DNA of 64,000 nt. It comes from Podarcis vaucheri (lineage: Eukaryota). The stretch lies in the NCBI GenBank assembly GCA_965113315.1, contig OZ220363.1; one strand, 5' to 3'. The notes below the pieces were generated by a model that was not told the origin of the DNA, searched no databases, and saw only the letters and a program-made list of their open reading frames with translations. Numbering within the stretch: the stretch's first letter is position 1; each line of letters opens with the position of its first letter. Of the stretch, positions 1 to 12,259 are shown piece by piece. The position numbers were made by a program, and so were the translations under genes.

Positions 1-1624
1 CATTTGTTGCAGTAATTTAAACCCTTTGGCTATGAATCCACAATGGCAGAGTCCTGGGAGTAGTCACTAATCTAAGCTGCTACATCTATGGAATGCTGAG
101 TGAAAGCTGAAGGTCATCTTGTCCAGCCAGATTTTATGAATCTCAATACTCCCAACTATTAGTATCATTCAGACCACAGTATGTGAAATGCAAAGATAAT
201 AGACCAGAGTGCATCATGCCAGCTGTGTTTGTATGATCAAGTGAACTTGCATAAAATGAAATGTTCTTCTTTTCAGAGGAGGGGGAACAGATTTCATCTC
301 CCCATGAAAATTACTCTTATGCATGCTCGGCTCAGCCCCTCTGAAAAATCATGGCAATATTATCGCAGCAAAACTAATTCTTATACTCAATTTCATTTCC
401 ATTTATTCATCTGACTTCCTGGCTGTAACAAGCTGACTGCAACCAATCCATCCAGAAATTTCAGGGTATGTTCTGGGATAGAAACAGCTTGAGGAGAGTT
501 GGGTCCAAAAGGCCCAACCATGTCTACTCAGAGGTGCCCTATTGAATTCTGTGGGGCTTGCTCCCAGGGTGGTAGGGTTTTGATTGCAGCCATAGTAGAG
601 AGCAGGAAAGTGGCCAACTTCAGTTCTTCAGAAGTTCTGCTTTCCAACATTTTGGCTGTCATGGATTATTTCTCTCAATATTGGAGCTTCCACATAATCT
701 CCTTCCTGTTTACAGACTGGGCAAATCAAATGAGGCACAGACAGGCTTAGTCTTTCCTCAAGGTCAGACTGTAAGCCAGCAGCAAGATTTGAGCCAGAAT
801 GCAGCAAGCTTCAGGTGGCTTTGTATTTTAATATTGAAGCCAGGCACCTTGTCTGATTATTATCAAAGGGACTATATTATGATCTATTTATTAGACATCC
901 TTCAATCTCTGAGGGAAAAGAGGAAAGAACAGATAATGATGCTCCTACCTGGATATATTTGGTTTCAGCATGCTGTTTGGCCTGTCACAATTCCTGCTAT
1001 TTCTTGCTCTCTCTCTCACTCCACAAACATCGTGCTTATCTGATCTCCCCTCATACATGCAGCTCAACAGCTTCAAATCTAATTACACAGGTTCCCTGCC
1101 CAGAGCTTTCCCCAGCACCTTTTCCAGTCTTATGAGTGCACTGACCCATTCTGAATTCAGAGGCGTGATGAGTAGCGGTGCATGCATGTCAGAGAGCGGG
1201 TACATCACACTTTGTTGGGAGAGGCACAGCACTTGAACTGGGGTCGTGGCACTGTTTCTTGTTTGCACCACCCTCAAGAGCCTGGGGCCACATAGGGCAG
1301 CTGCTTTCAAACAACGGCCAAAAAAAAAAGACGAAGAAGGAGCTTGTTCCTGTTCAGATCTGAAAATCCCCCAGGCCCTCTGGAGAAATGAGCACAAAGC
1401 TGACACAAGTTTATAAGGGCCATGCTTCAAAGTGACTACCTGTGCCCTGCTGATGGGGTTTCACACTGCCATGACATCACTCAGTGCAGTTGCAGATTAA
1501 ATTCATCCCAAGGATTTAAGCATGTTTCTCCATGCTGTACCACAGGGTGGATGGGGAAACATGGAATTCTCCCAGGAAATCCCTGAACTGAAAGTTGTAA
1601 CAGTCATTTTCAATTTGCTATATA

Positions 1625-1951
1625 CCATATTTATTCGGATAGTGTTCTCGAAGCTACCAGCATGAGTTTGACCAAACTGCGGGAGGCAGTGGAGGACAGA
1701 AGTGCCTGGCGTGCTCTGGTCCATGGGGTCACAAAGAGTCGGACACGACTAAGCGACTAAACAACAACAACAAATATTTATTCAAATCTAATGCTCCCCC
1801 TTTTTGGCCAAATTACGTTGCAAAAATTAAGGTGTGCATTAGATTCAATGGCACATTTACATTCTCCAGCAAATAGTTTTTTTGGTTTCAAGGTTCTGAA
1901 AATTGAGGCGTGCATTAGATTCGATGGGGCATTAGACTTGAGCAAATACAG
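1625..1951. mobile_element. Tc1/mariner (pogo/Tigger-like) MITE interrupted by a BovB insertion
   Basis: TA flanks at both ends. With the insert removed, imperfect TIRs CCATATTTATTCAAATCTAATGC ... GCATTAGACTTGAGCAAATACAG are restored. Confidence 0.7.
1637..1773 (+). mobile_element. BovB (RTE) LINE 3' end, 5'-truncated
   Basis: Diagnostic GGGGTCACAAAGAGTCGGACACGACT followed by a (CAA)n tail. Perfect 10-bp TSD ATATTTATTC at 1627-1636 and 1774-1783. Confidence 0.88.
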
Positions 1952-3251
1952 TATATTGATTCCCTTAGGGATTCCTCTTGTTCAATACTGATCCACTTTC
2001 AAATCAGGCATTAAATAAATGCACCAGCCACTCTAGCTTGCTGCTTACATTATAGAATTGAAGCTCCAGTCGATATACATCTAGCGGCAAATTTTAAAAA
2101 GAAAAACAGCCCTGCCATTGTTTTGCATTGTCTTCTACAGCTACTGTTGCCCAGTATCAATCACCTGCAATCATTCAATGTTTCTAATCCCATACTAACT
2201 CATTTTTGCACAATTCCAACAGCTTCCACATTCAGCAGAAGTTCAGATAGTCTCCTGCTGCAAAGCCATCCTGCTGTTAGTTGCTGAGAACCCCACCACA
2301 CCTAACGGCTATACCAACAATCTAGCAGCAAGCTAACATTCTGTGCAAAACAGCAGCAAATTGTTCAGCTATTTGTGTGATGCTGCTTTTTCAAACTAAC
2401 AACAATGACGCTTCCTGCAGCCATCTTTGGTTTCAAAGAATGATAATCATGAACAAATAGTAGCTATGAGATCACTAACCTCCATTCCTTGTTCCTAACC
2501 TGTACCATCTTTAAGTACTATCCAGCAATGAGTCACAATCGGTGTTAATTATGTGCATATCACAAAGTCACCAGGCAGTCTTGCCTTCTACACCAAACTT
2601 TAGGCACTCCTCATCTTCTGAAGTGTAATCTTAGCTCACCCTCATGCCTCTCATAGAAGCAGCAGCTTCTTGGATCAGTACCTGGGTGTAGTACATGGAA
2701 TCACTACTTAATGCAGAGGTGAGGTGATGTTAGGTGAGATATCCACATCACTGTCTTTCCATGTTAGACACCCACAATTTCAGGAGAAGGCTAACTTCAT
2801 AATGTTGGTCTATTTTGAAGTTCATATTCATGTGGTTTATGGATAAATCGATGCCTCTGGAGGCAGATGAAGTTGCTGTTCTATGCAAAAAAAAAGAGGC
2901 CATAATGGCAACCTTGCTTTGTCTCCAGGACATTTGCACATTTAGACACTCCAAGGGCACAGTCTTGTGCAGCCCTTCCTACACAGTATCATGGTGATTC
3001 ATCTGCTTCCAGTGCTCTCTCTCGCCTCTGAATTGTACCCAGAAAGCCTGAGGATTTAATGCTTTGTACAGCAGATAGATATTAAAAATCTCTTTTCATT
3101 GTAGTGCTACGATGCTCTTTTCTCGCCAGTTTCATTTCTTATGCTCTGTTCTTCTTTTTCTCTTTTCTGTCTGTCTGTCGTTTTTCAACCTGCCTACTGC
3201 TCACTGAACCTGGGGCCTCATCGCTCCCCTGGCTGGATCCCCTCTGGACAG

Positions 3252-3374
3252 GGAAGGCCGCATGGTGGTGTTGTCCCTTGTTTTGGGGCTTTCAGAACAG
3301 GACGACTTTGCCAATATACCTGATCTTCAAACCACTGGAAACCAACAGAACCAGAACTCTCAGGGGGACAAGAG
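3252..3374 (+). CDS. SYT7: Synaptotagmin-7, alternatively spliced linker exon (123 nt, phase 2-2)
   Basis: Boundaries are cag|G...AG|gtatga. Translates EGRMVVLSLVLGLSEQDDFANIPDLQTTGNQQNQNSQGDK(R), matching the long-isoform linker of mammalian SYT7 as I recall it. The end phase joins the exon at 11279. Confidence 0.93.
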
Positions 3375-6300
3375 GTATGAGTAGGAGACAGGGGCTTTCG
3401 GCAAGAGGAAAGAAAGCCTCACGAGGGGCTGTCCTTCATGAGAGTTGGAAAGCTGGTGCAGGAAATCAAGGAAGCTCCAGCGTTGGGCCTGGTGCAACAT
3501 CTAAGCCAGTCTAGCAATACTCTTACCTCCTGCTTGGAACCTCATTTCCTCCCTGATGGTCAGCTCCCTTTGGGGAAAAATGGCAATTCCTTTCACAAGC
3601 GCGTACTCTGGTGGGAATGTATCCTCATATAAACCCTCCCCATTTTACATCTCTTCAGCTCCATCCAGTTCCTTCTCTCTTCCCTGTCCAGTCCAATAGT
3701 AAGTGTGTGAGGAGTGTGCAGGGATGGGCCAATACATTTTGCTCCCTGAGGCAAATAGTATCCAACCCACCCCCACCAAGCTAAAGTGGTGAGTGGCACC
3801 CAAAGCAGATGATTCCACAAGCACCTCTCTGCCTTCCTGGCAGTAAAAAGACAATAATAATAAATTAAGGGTGGTGGCCAAGTGGCCCCATTGCAATTAA
3901 TGGACCTAGGTTAGTCATGTTAATTAATTTCATGATTGCAAACAAAACCCATGTGTAGAATATATCACTGCTGCTGTCGGGTACATAGGATATTTGCCCT
4001 GGACTCCATGGCTACCAATATTGTGACTGGGCCCTTTTGGCAGGTCTGGAATTTAGCATTAGGAAGACTAATACATTGGGGACCTTGATCATAATACGGC
4101 CTATCCCAAACTACCTGGGTGCAGCACATCCTTCTCCTGAAGATGCAATAGGCACACTAACACTCCTAATTCAGAGCTACCCTCAGGACCTGCAGGTTGC
4201 TCCCTATGAAGCAAGAATAGTCTCTCCTTCCTTGTTTCCCCCTTCCCATACACTCCCTCACTTGACTAATGGGATCTAACAGGGTCATATTGTGTGACTT
4301 ACAAAATAGGTTCTCGGAGAGGAAGTGCCTAGCTAGAAGCAGAGGCCTCAAACACTTCCACGTGTACGTTAAATTCCATCTTTTAAGGAGACGAGGTGCG
4401 AAGGAGCAGATTTCACATGATCAGTGCATTAATTAACTGGCACCGTTCTCGCCTGCTGACTATTTTTACCTTGCTGAGGCTATATTTCACTACATATTTT
4501 AGCACTTTCCATTTGATCATCCAATTGCATAGTTGATCCTTGCTTTTTCAGCCTGCAATTTTAAGTAGTAGCAGGTCAATAAAGAGTCCTATTAGGCCAT
4601 AACAATTCAGGGGGAGAGGAAGTACCTTCTACTGGCACATGCCCATTCTGTGCACATCCCATCTGGGAAAACCCTCTACCTCCTACATAATCAGGCCACC
4701 ACCCCAGTCCCAGCTTGATGAGAACATTCTCCCTTGTAACCAACTTCAGTAATAAGAAACCTACATGTGTTTATGGCATCCATCACACAATGATTCCCAT
4801 AATTTCAAGACAAGAAGGAGTTGGGCACATGGCCACTGTATGTGTAAGAGATGTTTTGCAGGGATTGGCTCTGAAGAGCCTTTTCCATTTCACATTGTTA
4901 GTCTGGAGGGAATCCCACGGAGAAAGAGCTGTGCTTTTGTAAGCTTCTTTCATGGTTAATATGAGTAAATGAAGGCTCTCCAGTTTGCCCAAAGCAGGGG
5001 GTTTAGATTCTTCTCACTTCTTTTGAAAGCTGTGGCCCTAACTGTATATCATTTTCTGGGCCTTTAGCTGGCACTGATGGAAGGCTCTTTTCAAACCTAA
5101 TTAACTTAATTTGGGGCGGGGTTATAAGGGGCACTGCAGTCCAAAGGATGTTGAGGCAGCTGCAAGCCACCCTTCCACACACAAAACACTCCCTGTGCAA
5201 CTGTCGAGATTAGGAGACTCTCCCATTGACACCAAAGGAGTAGCGGGAGGTTGCGATGGGCCAGGTGGAGAGGCTCCCAGCTCACATCTGACCCCTGGAC
5301 TACCAGCTCCCCATTCCTGCTTTAGTACAGGCATGCAACGATTGTCTTCCTAGACTTCCAAGCTTCTATTAACTTCTTTACAGTTACACTGTGGGAGCAG
5401 AAAACTCAGAGCTCATACTGAAATTATTATTATCATAATCTTGCACATAGGGCTGTCACATAACCCTCCAACATTCCCCTGATGAAAATAGGGACCACAC
5501 ATCTTTTGGTGCCACGCAAGTCAGGTGGCTCATGTGAGAGCACAGTACCAAAAGGCATTTTTGGGTGTTGTGTTCTGACTTGCGTGAGAGCGCGGCACCA
5601 CTGCAAATGCCAGCACCAGCTCATCTCTGGGACATTCTGGAATCAAATCAGAAGCCAGGATGGCTTTTGTAATTCCAGGAATGTTACCGGAAAATAGGGA
5701 CGATTGGAGGGTATGTTGTCAGTTTAATCTGGAATGTGTCCTTGTGTTGTGTCTGAACAAATAACTTAATGGAGAAATTCTGGTGCCATAAGCCCGGTCA
5801 GACAAGGAAACCTAAACCTAATCCCAAATGTTGTGCAGATCTCATGCAGGACAGCAGACCCAATGGAGATGTAAGGAGATATGAACTGTTCATTTGTCTG
5901 TGTCTCAGGAACTCAGCATCTCTCAGAGCTTCCTGTCTTCAGTTCCTGTATCTGATATTTAAAAAAAAACACAACTTTCTGAATCAGAAGAAGTCATGGT
6001 TACCACCTGCCTTTCTTGTTTTCCTGTGAGGCCCTTGATACTTTACTGAGATTCAGGAAAACAACTTCCCACGTATGAGTTTGGTCCCCCATCTCCTTGG
6101 TAATGCATTCAGCTCTGATCGCAAGCTGCTCCACTGGTCACACCATTCCTTTCCAAACCACTGCTCCCCCTCTCTCTGGAGGCTGACAGTGTGGGAAAGA
6201 GTGATGTGATCAGCATACCCATCTATGATCAGAGCCTAATGCATTACTAAAGCCTCCTGCGATGGAGCAGTGGGGATCTTGGCAGCTACCACCAGACTCA

Positions 6301-7899
6301 GTAATGTCTGAACTGGACATCTGTCTCAAGCTCCGTCTTTCAACCTGTTCCCCTCCCTGCCTTCCTTGTGGAATCTTGCCTCTGCTTCTTCCTCTCCACC
6401 TGTGGTCACCTTCTCCCTTGCTTCCTCTGTACACTCGCCATACTGCTTCTTTGTTTCCCTACGCCCCTCTTCCACATTCCTTTGCCTCTTTTTATTTACC
6501 TGCCTGCCCCCCACCCACCTTTTCTGCCTGCCTGGCCTATGGAATGTTGATGATTGTACAATGATTGCAAAGGGGCTTGTGATGCAGTCTTTGGGGGCTT
6601 GCTGGGAAGGAGGGAGGGGTTGTTCTGGTTGCATTGAAATCCCTTTTACCTCAGTCTCTCCTCTCCTCAGCAGTAATCACACGATGTTCTGCCATCCCAT
6701 ACCCCAATGTAATATATCCTCACCCTCATCCTCCTTGCACTTTCTCCTCTTCCTTCTTCTAGCCTTGCTGCTCTTGTTGCTGCCTGAACTTTCCCCCTTG
6801 TCAACCTCGGCAGCTCCAGTCCAGTGCCTTGTTCTCTGTGTGTGGTGGCTGTTCCTCCTCTACGAATCTTTGTGGTTTGTGTGTGTGGATGTATGTGTGT
6901 GTGTGCATATGGGTGTGTGTTTCTCTCCTGCTACACTTTTCTCCACCCTCTTTCCGTTCCAGCAGGAGGCATCCTGCAGATCCTGGGATGAAAGGCACCC
7001 TCTCTTCTTTCTTTCTCTCTCTTCTCTATCTCTCTCCCTATCCTGTGACTTCTGCAGCACTCACCAACTCCCAGACAGCCTTGCAGCTGATCCAGTACTC
7101 TGGGGTTGCAAAAATAACTCTGGATTTGTCATACCTTCTGACAGTCAATCACACACATACACACACACACACACATTTGCTCTCACTTTATTTTTAACTT
7201 TTTTTTCTTTTCTATTTTTGGTCTCCAGCTATTCTGGTCTCCTTTATCTGTGCATGCATGTACTAGTCTGTATGTCAGTGTACACCCAGCATCTTTGTAT
7301 GTGTCAGTCTGCCTCAGGGTGTAATCTTTATATCTAGAATTTCCCACCCGAGAGTCTGTCCCTCTGCATGAGCCTGATGCTTGTTGATCTATTTATGTGT
7401 ATGTGTATTGCTGTATTTATTGATGGGTATCAGTGTGTTTGGATCTTGTGTGTGATGTGTCTGCATGTCAGCGTGCCTGGAGATGCACATGTAATGAGCC
7501 ATTACATAAGTCCATTGGCATATGTTCGTCTCTCTCTTTGTGGTTATTATAGCATCTTTGTGACATGTCAAGAGGCTATCTGTATATAATCAATGTCTTT
7601 GGGTTTTCCATCTTGGTCAGCATCTCCTTGATATTATTTGTCTGCCTCTGAACAATGCTTGTCTGCATTTTTCTTAGGCTTTCCTCCTCCCCCTGCCCCC
7701 ACATCCTATAGAAAACCTGTGTGAATGAGGTCCAGCTGATCAAACTTAATCCAGAAACTGTCCATTATTGGCAGGTGTCATTCTTATCGTGGAGGGCTCC
7801 TCTCTGCAAATTAGGAAACCTTCATTTTTCAGAGTTCATTCCTGAATGCATGCTGAGAGCCCTCCACGTGTGCAGTTAAGCTCAGTGAGAGAGCCCTTG

Positions 7900-8090
7900 C
7901 TTTGCATACGAAAGCTTTCAGGCTCACTCAATCCCTGGCAGCTAGCTCCAGTTCAAAGAATCAGGAGGCAGGTGATGAGAAGAAGTCTTCTGCCTGAGGC
8001 CCTAGAGAGCCACTGCCAGTCAGATTAAGCAGTGCTGGGAGAGATGGACGAGTAGTCTGATGTAGTATAAGTCAGCTTTCTATGTCTTTT
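7900..8090 (+). mobile_element. Old squamate SINE or CR1-tail-type repeat
   Basis: Motif GAGAGCCACTGCCAGTCAG...GATGGAC...GTATAAGTCAGCTTTCTATG. Related degenerate copies near 38870-39030 (-) and 60480-60630 (+). Confidence 0.5.
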
Positions 8091-8463
8091 CAATTTTCAA
8101 CATGAATGTGCATAGACTGAGAGAGGAGTCTGTCACCACAGTGCTGTGCACACACACGCGTGTGCGCGCACGCACACACACACACACACACACATATGCA
8201 CGCATGAACGGAGAAGGCTAGAACGACAAGCTTATGGGCAATTCTTTTTTCTTTAGGCCTTTTCATTAGTTACATTGCTGCATGGGGTGGGGAGTGAGAC
8301 TGTGTGCTGATTTCCTATCCTTTCCTCAACAATAGCTTGACCCATCACTACCCCTGGGCTTTATGACGGAGTGAGGATTTGACTCTGGCTCTCCCACGTT
8401 CAACCCCAACATTCTCACGGCTACAGTGTAAACAAACTTGCTCTACCTCCAGCAACCTACAGG

Positions 8464-8831
8464 CAGTGGCGGAGGAAGGGGGTGCGGGGGATGTGGTCCA
8501 CCCCAGGTGTCATCACTGGGGTGTGTGTGACAAAATGAGTTTTAAAAAAAATTGAGCTTACGAAACTTTTTAGGAGTGACGTGGTGGTTTAGGCGTCTGC
8601 AGATTCTGCACTGCCTGAAACGGCAGCGTGGGACTTGCGTCTGCCTACTGCCTCTTCCTCAGCCACCCTACAACTGAGAGGGAGACATCGGAGAGGCTCG
8701 CCACACCCCCATGTGCGGATTGCCACACCCCCATGGGCAGCTCGCCACGACCCCACGGGCAGGAATCGCCCCACCCCCAGCTGTAGGACACCCCCACACA
8801 CCAGGCACCCAAGCGGCTGGTTACGCCGCTG
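8464..8831. mobile_element. Non-autonomous hAT DNA transposon
   Basis: Ends CAGTGGCG...CGCCGCTG with a perfect 8-bp TSD CCTACAGG (8456-8463 and 8832-8839). Confidence 0.85.
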
Positions 8832-9778
8832 CCTACAGGAGCTCAGTTCACACTAGGATGCACATGAACCACCTCCCACTATGACGATCATCACTCTGCC
8901 ATGGAATTTGCACAGAGCTACATTGAAAGAGCAGGTTTCAGAGCCCAAATACTTGCACCACAGCCCACCAGCTGTTCAAGCTAGTAACAAACACACCGCC
9001 CAACCACTCATCATGCTCAATTGCATATTCTAAGCAAAGTACATTCTGTCGGTGTTTCTGGGCTCAGCATCTTCTTCACTTAGACAATTTTGGCTACATC
9101 CAGAAAATGGCAAATTTCCAGCTTCCCATGCCTGCACCCTCAGTACATGTAACATGGAGTTGTCCCTTGATTATCTGCATTTTCCTTGAACCCATCCAAG
9201 CAGGTGGTATACACACTCTCTTCTGTATCTTTATATTTCAGTGTGTGGGCCTTTCTATGCCTGCGTTGTGTGTCCAGCAGTCTATAATTTTGGCCAGCTG
9301 TCTCCTTGTGCATCCATTGCAATATCCTTTCCTTGGGCAAGGAGCAAGTTTATGTCTCTCCTCCTATATGTGCCCTTTCCAGCCTTCTGCTTAATGGCAG
9401 CTCCTCTCTCTTCCTCCTGGCTCATGTCTTTCTCTTGGGTTCCTGTAGAGCTCCACCTCCTTACCCTAGGTGTAGCAATTTGCCTGCCCTGGATAATTTG
9501 AGCTCCCACATTCTTGTGAGTGCTGCAAACACTGACACAGGGAGATCATTGATTTGTTTGTGACTGTGTCATAAGTGTCAGTTGACACGATGAGACCCCT
9601 GAAGCAGCCCATATCATCCTTGGATCTTCTGGAGAGCTTGCAATAGCCTTCCTGAAAAATGAGGGGAGGGGCATAAAATCAGGCGTGTTTTGAATGCAGC
9701 CATGGAGCTAGGAGTGGAATGTTTTGCTCACAGGACCCTGGAAGAGGGCACATTTGTATGTGTATGCAATAAGACAGT

Positions 9779-10143
9779 TGCTTTCAGAGTCGCAAAGTGA
9801 TTTCATGCTCTTTATTCAGCTCATAGTGGTGAGGAGGAATGAATGAATGTCCCCTCACAGTATCTGCTTTATATACATTATTTACACAATGGGCTGCACA
9901 TGATTGGCTAATTCCGGAATTCTACTGTAAGCCAATCAGGTTGTGGATTCACTTATATCTGGAGCATGATTGGGTGGTTCCTGCCAACCAATCATACTGC
10001 TGCATTGTTCTTGGACCAATTAGACTGCTGCATTCTGAATCCTATTGTTCTAGGACCAATCAGACTGCTGTAATTTGGATCCTATTGTTCTAGGACCAAT
10101 CAGACTGCTGCAGTTTGGATCCTATTCAACTCAGTACATAACA
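9779..10143 (-). mobile_element. Solo LTR (365 bp, possibly copia-type)
   Basis: Minus strand runs TGTTATGTACTG...GCA (TG..CA ends). It carries 40-bp tandem units with CCAAT/ATTGG, then TATATAAA (9868-9875), then AATAAA (9811-9816). Flanks ACAGT/ACATT form a 5-bp TSD with one mismatch; the left boundary is less certain. Confidence 0.75.
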
Positions 10144-11278
10144 ACATTGCTTATTTGTAGCAATGCTGCTGTGGGAACAAAATGGAAACCAATCAGTGGA
10201 GGGGATTTCCAAGGGTGCTACCACTTATCAGTTTCCCTCTGTGTGGTAAATAAAAGTAATTTGAAAAGCAGCTGCCATGTTATGCCCAATATGAAATGGC
10301 ACCGGGAGGCATAATTGATGACTAGCCAAAACAGCATTGCCCAAACCTATCTGGCAAAAGATGAGGTGTTACAGAGTTAATGAACTGTTGCCAAGTTTTG
10401 AACTAAAGACCTAACCTGACCCAGGCAGAGTGCCCCAATTCTGCTCTTTCCCTGGGCCCTTGTGAGACATCCCGTCGACACCCAGTTCTCAGGTTTCTTG
10501 GGAACTCTGCATACACTGAGGCTGGCAGAGAAACCATCTGGCCGTATGTCATTTCAGAAATTGCCTGTCAAGGAAAGCAAACAAAGGTGGTTGCCTCTTT
10601 GTGAAAGGGAATGTTTGTATTTGGAGAAGGTTAATGGACTGGAGAGGCAGGAAGAGAGTTTGCAAGAAGTACCAGCACAGACCAACCTACAGCCCATGAA
10701 GCTTCAGTATGCCCTTTCCAGCTCAATCCCATATGTATTGACACAGCACAGAAATGGTATTTAAATACTCAGAAGGAGAAAGACATGTAGTTCCATATGG
10801 GGTCTTTTGGTGGTGGGGAGATGGTCCATCCAAATGGAAGGGGTGTGTGTGTGTGATAATCTTAAATCCAGAACCAGGAAAGACCCTGAGCGAGGATGAA
10901 GTGATATGGTGGGTGTTTTATTTATTCATAGAGTGTGACATAGAAAAGGGACAGACCCATCTCCTCACAGGGTTAACAACTTAAATGTCAATAAAGGACA
11001 GGGAGAGAGGAGAGAAGGGACAGAAGAAGAGAAGGTTGCTGAGTCCAAAGGCTCGAAATAAACATCGAAAAAGCAAGTACGTAAAGCTGGTTTGGGATTC
11101 CACAGGAGTAAGTTGTAGGGGGAATCACAGAAATGAGATGGGTTATCAGAGCAGTCTGGAGGTTTAGCCCTCAGTTCTCTAGTTCTCCCATGAGCTATGT
11201 TTTTCCTCCTTGTCTTGAATCCTGTATTTCTGTTGTCTCCAAAGCGTATGCCTAATGTGCTTCTCCTATCTCTCCCAG

Positions 11279-11414
11279 ATTGCCCTCTGGTGGCAAAGCG
11301 GTAAACACAGCTCCTGTGCCAGGACAGACACAACACGAGGAGCCTGACCATAAAACAGAGGCTCGCTCATCCGTCTCAGACCTCGTAAACTCCCTGACCA
11401 GTGAGATGCTGATG
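11279..11414 (+). CDS. SYT7: Synaptotagmin-7 linker exon
   Basis: Polypyrimidine tract and cag acceptor, gtgagt donor. Translates [45 protein letters not shown]. Confidence 0.97.
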
Positions 11415-11548
11415 GTGAGTGCTATCAGGGTTGCTCAGTATAATAATAATTCACAGTATATATTCCCATAAAGTCTGGAGGAAGCAAGGTTTTTATTCTG
11501 GATTAGGCACATCCGACCATATTCCTTTTGTGTTTCAGAAGTGTTCGT

Positions 11549-11571
11549 TCTCTCTCTCTCTCTCTCTCTCT

Positions 11572-11608
<37 letters not shown>
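11549..11608. repeat. Compound (CT)n(CA)n microsatellite
   Basis: Read directly. Other dinucleotide tracts at about 7150, 8150-8195, 15710-15760, 46210-46245 and 46626-46650. Confidence 0.95.
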
Positions 11609-11609
<1 letters not shown>

Positions 11610-12053
11610 CAGGAAGATTCAACTAACAAGTCCCACTAGCCTGCACAAGGACTTCTGCTAGTGCAATGCCCCCCCCACTTTTCTCCCCTGCACCCCATCC
11701 CAAAATTGGCTTGGGGGTCAGGAGAACCCCCAGAACGGTGCACAAGAGGGAAGGAGAGGATCATTCTGTCTAGCAAACTGAAAAGCATGCACTGACAGAA
11801 TGATTGTTGTAGTGCTTCGCTGAATTCCTCCCACTGTGTGTATGTGTGTGTTCTAAATGAATTCAGACTCCACTTCCAGAACAGTGAGGCCGAGACTTAA
11901 ATCCAGTCTTAAGTTCTTGTCCTACCCTACACAGATGACTCTGGAATTGGAACTACTTACTGGTTTATTTGCAACATTTTTATACCATCTGACTGTTATC
12001 TAAGTTATCTGACTGTTGTACAATTTTTAAAATATAAAAACGCAACATTCAAA

Positions 12054-12250
12054 AGAGCCAGTGTGGCATAGTGGTTAGAGTATTGGAGTGTAGGGCCTAG
12101 GGACCAGGGTTTAAACCCCAATTCAGCCATAAAGGTTACTGGGTGACCTTGGGCCAGTCACTGCCTCTTAACCCAACTCACAGGGTTGTTTTGAGGATAA
12201 AATGGTGGCAACACCTTGGAGGGAAGGTAGGATATAAATGTAATAAATAA
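12054..12250 (+). mobile_element. tRNA-derived MIR/CORE-like SINE
   Basis: A-box-like TGGCATAGTGG, B-box-like GGTTTAAACCC, core GTGACCTTGGGCCAGTCAC and an AATAAATAAA tail. Older copies near 13900-14100 and 21360-21525. Confidence 0.7.
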
Positions 12251-12259
12251 ACGAAATTT

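Noticed and set aside
6150-6210. Possible stop-containing exon (ggag|G CTG ACA GTG TGG GAA AGA GTG ATG TGA)
   Set aside because: The GAG acceptor is weak, no donor is evident and there is no independent support.
6366-7337. Longest ORF in the window (323 aa)
   Set aside because: It is Leu/Ser/Cys/Phe-rich because it runs through CT-, GT- and CA-repeat sequence that lacks stops. No domain is recognisable and it lies in a SYT7 intron.
10002-10125. Regular 40-bp repeats resembling a CRISPR array
   Set aside because: They are head-to-tail with no unique spacers, in eukaryotic DNA, and are explained as LTR U3 repeats.
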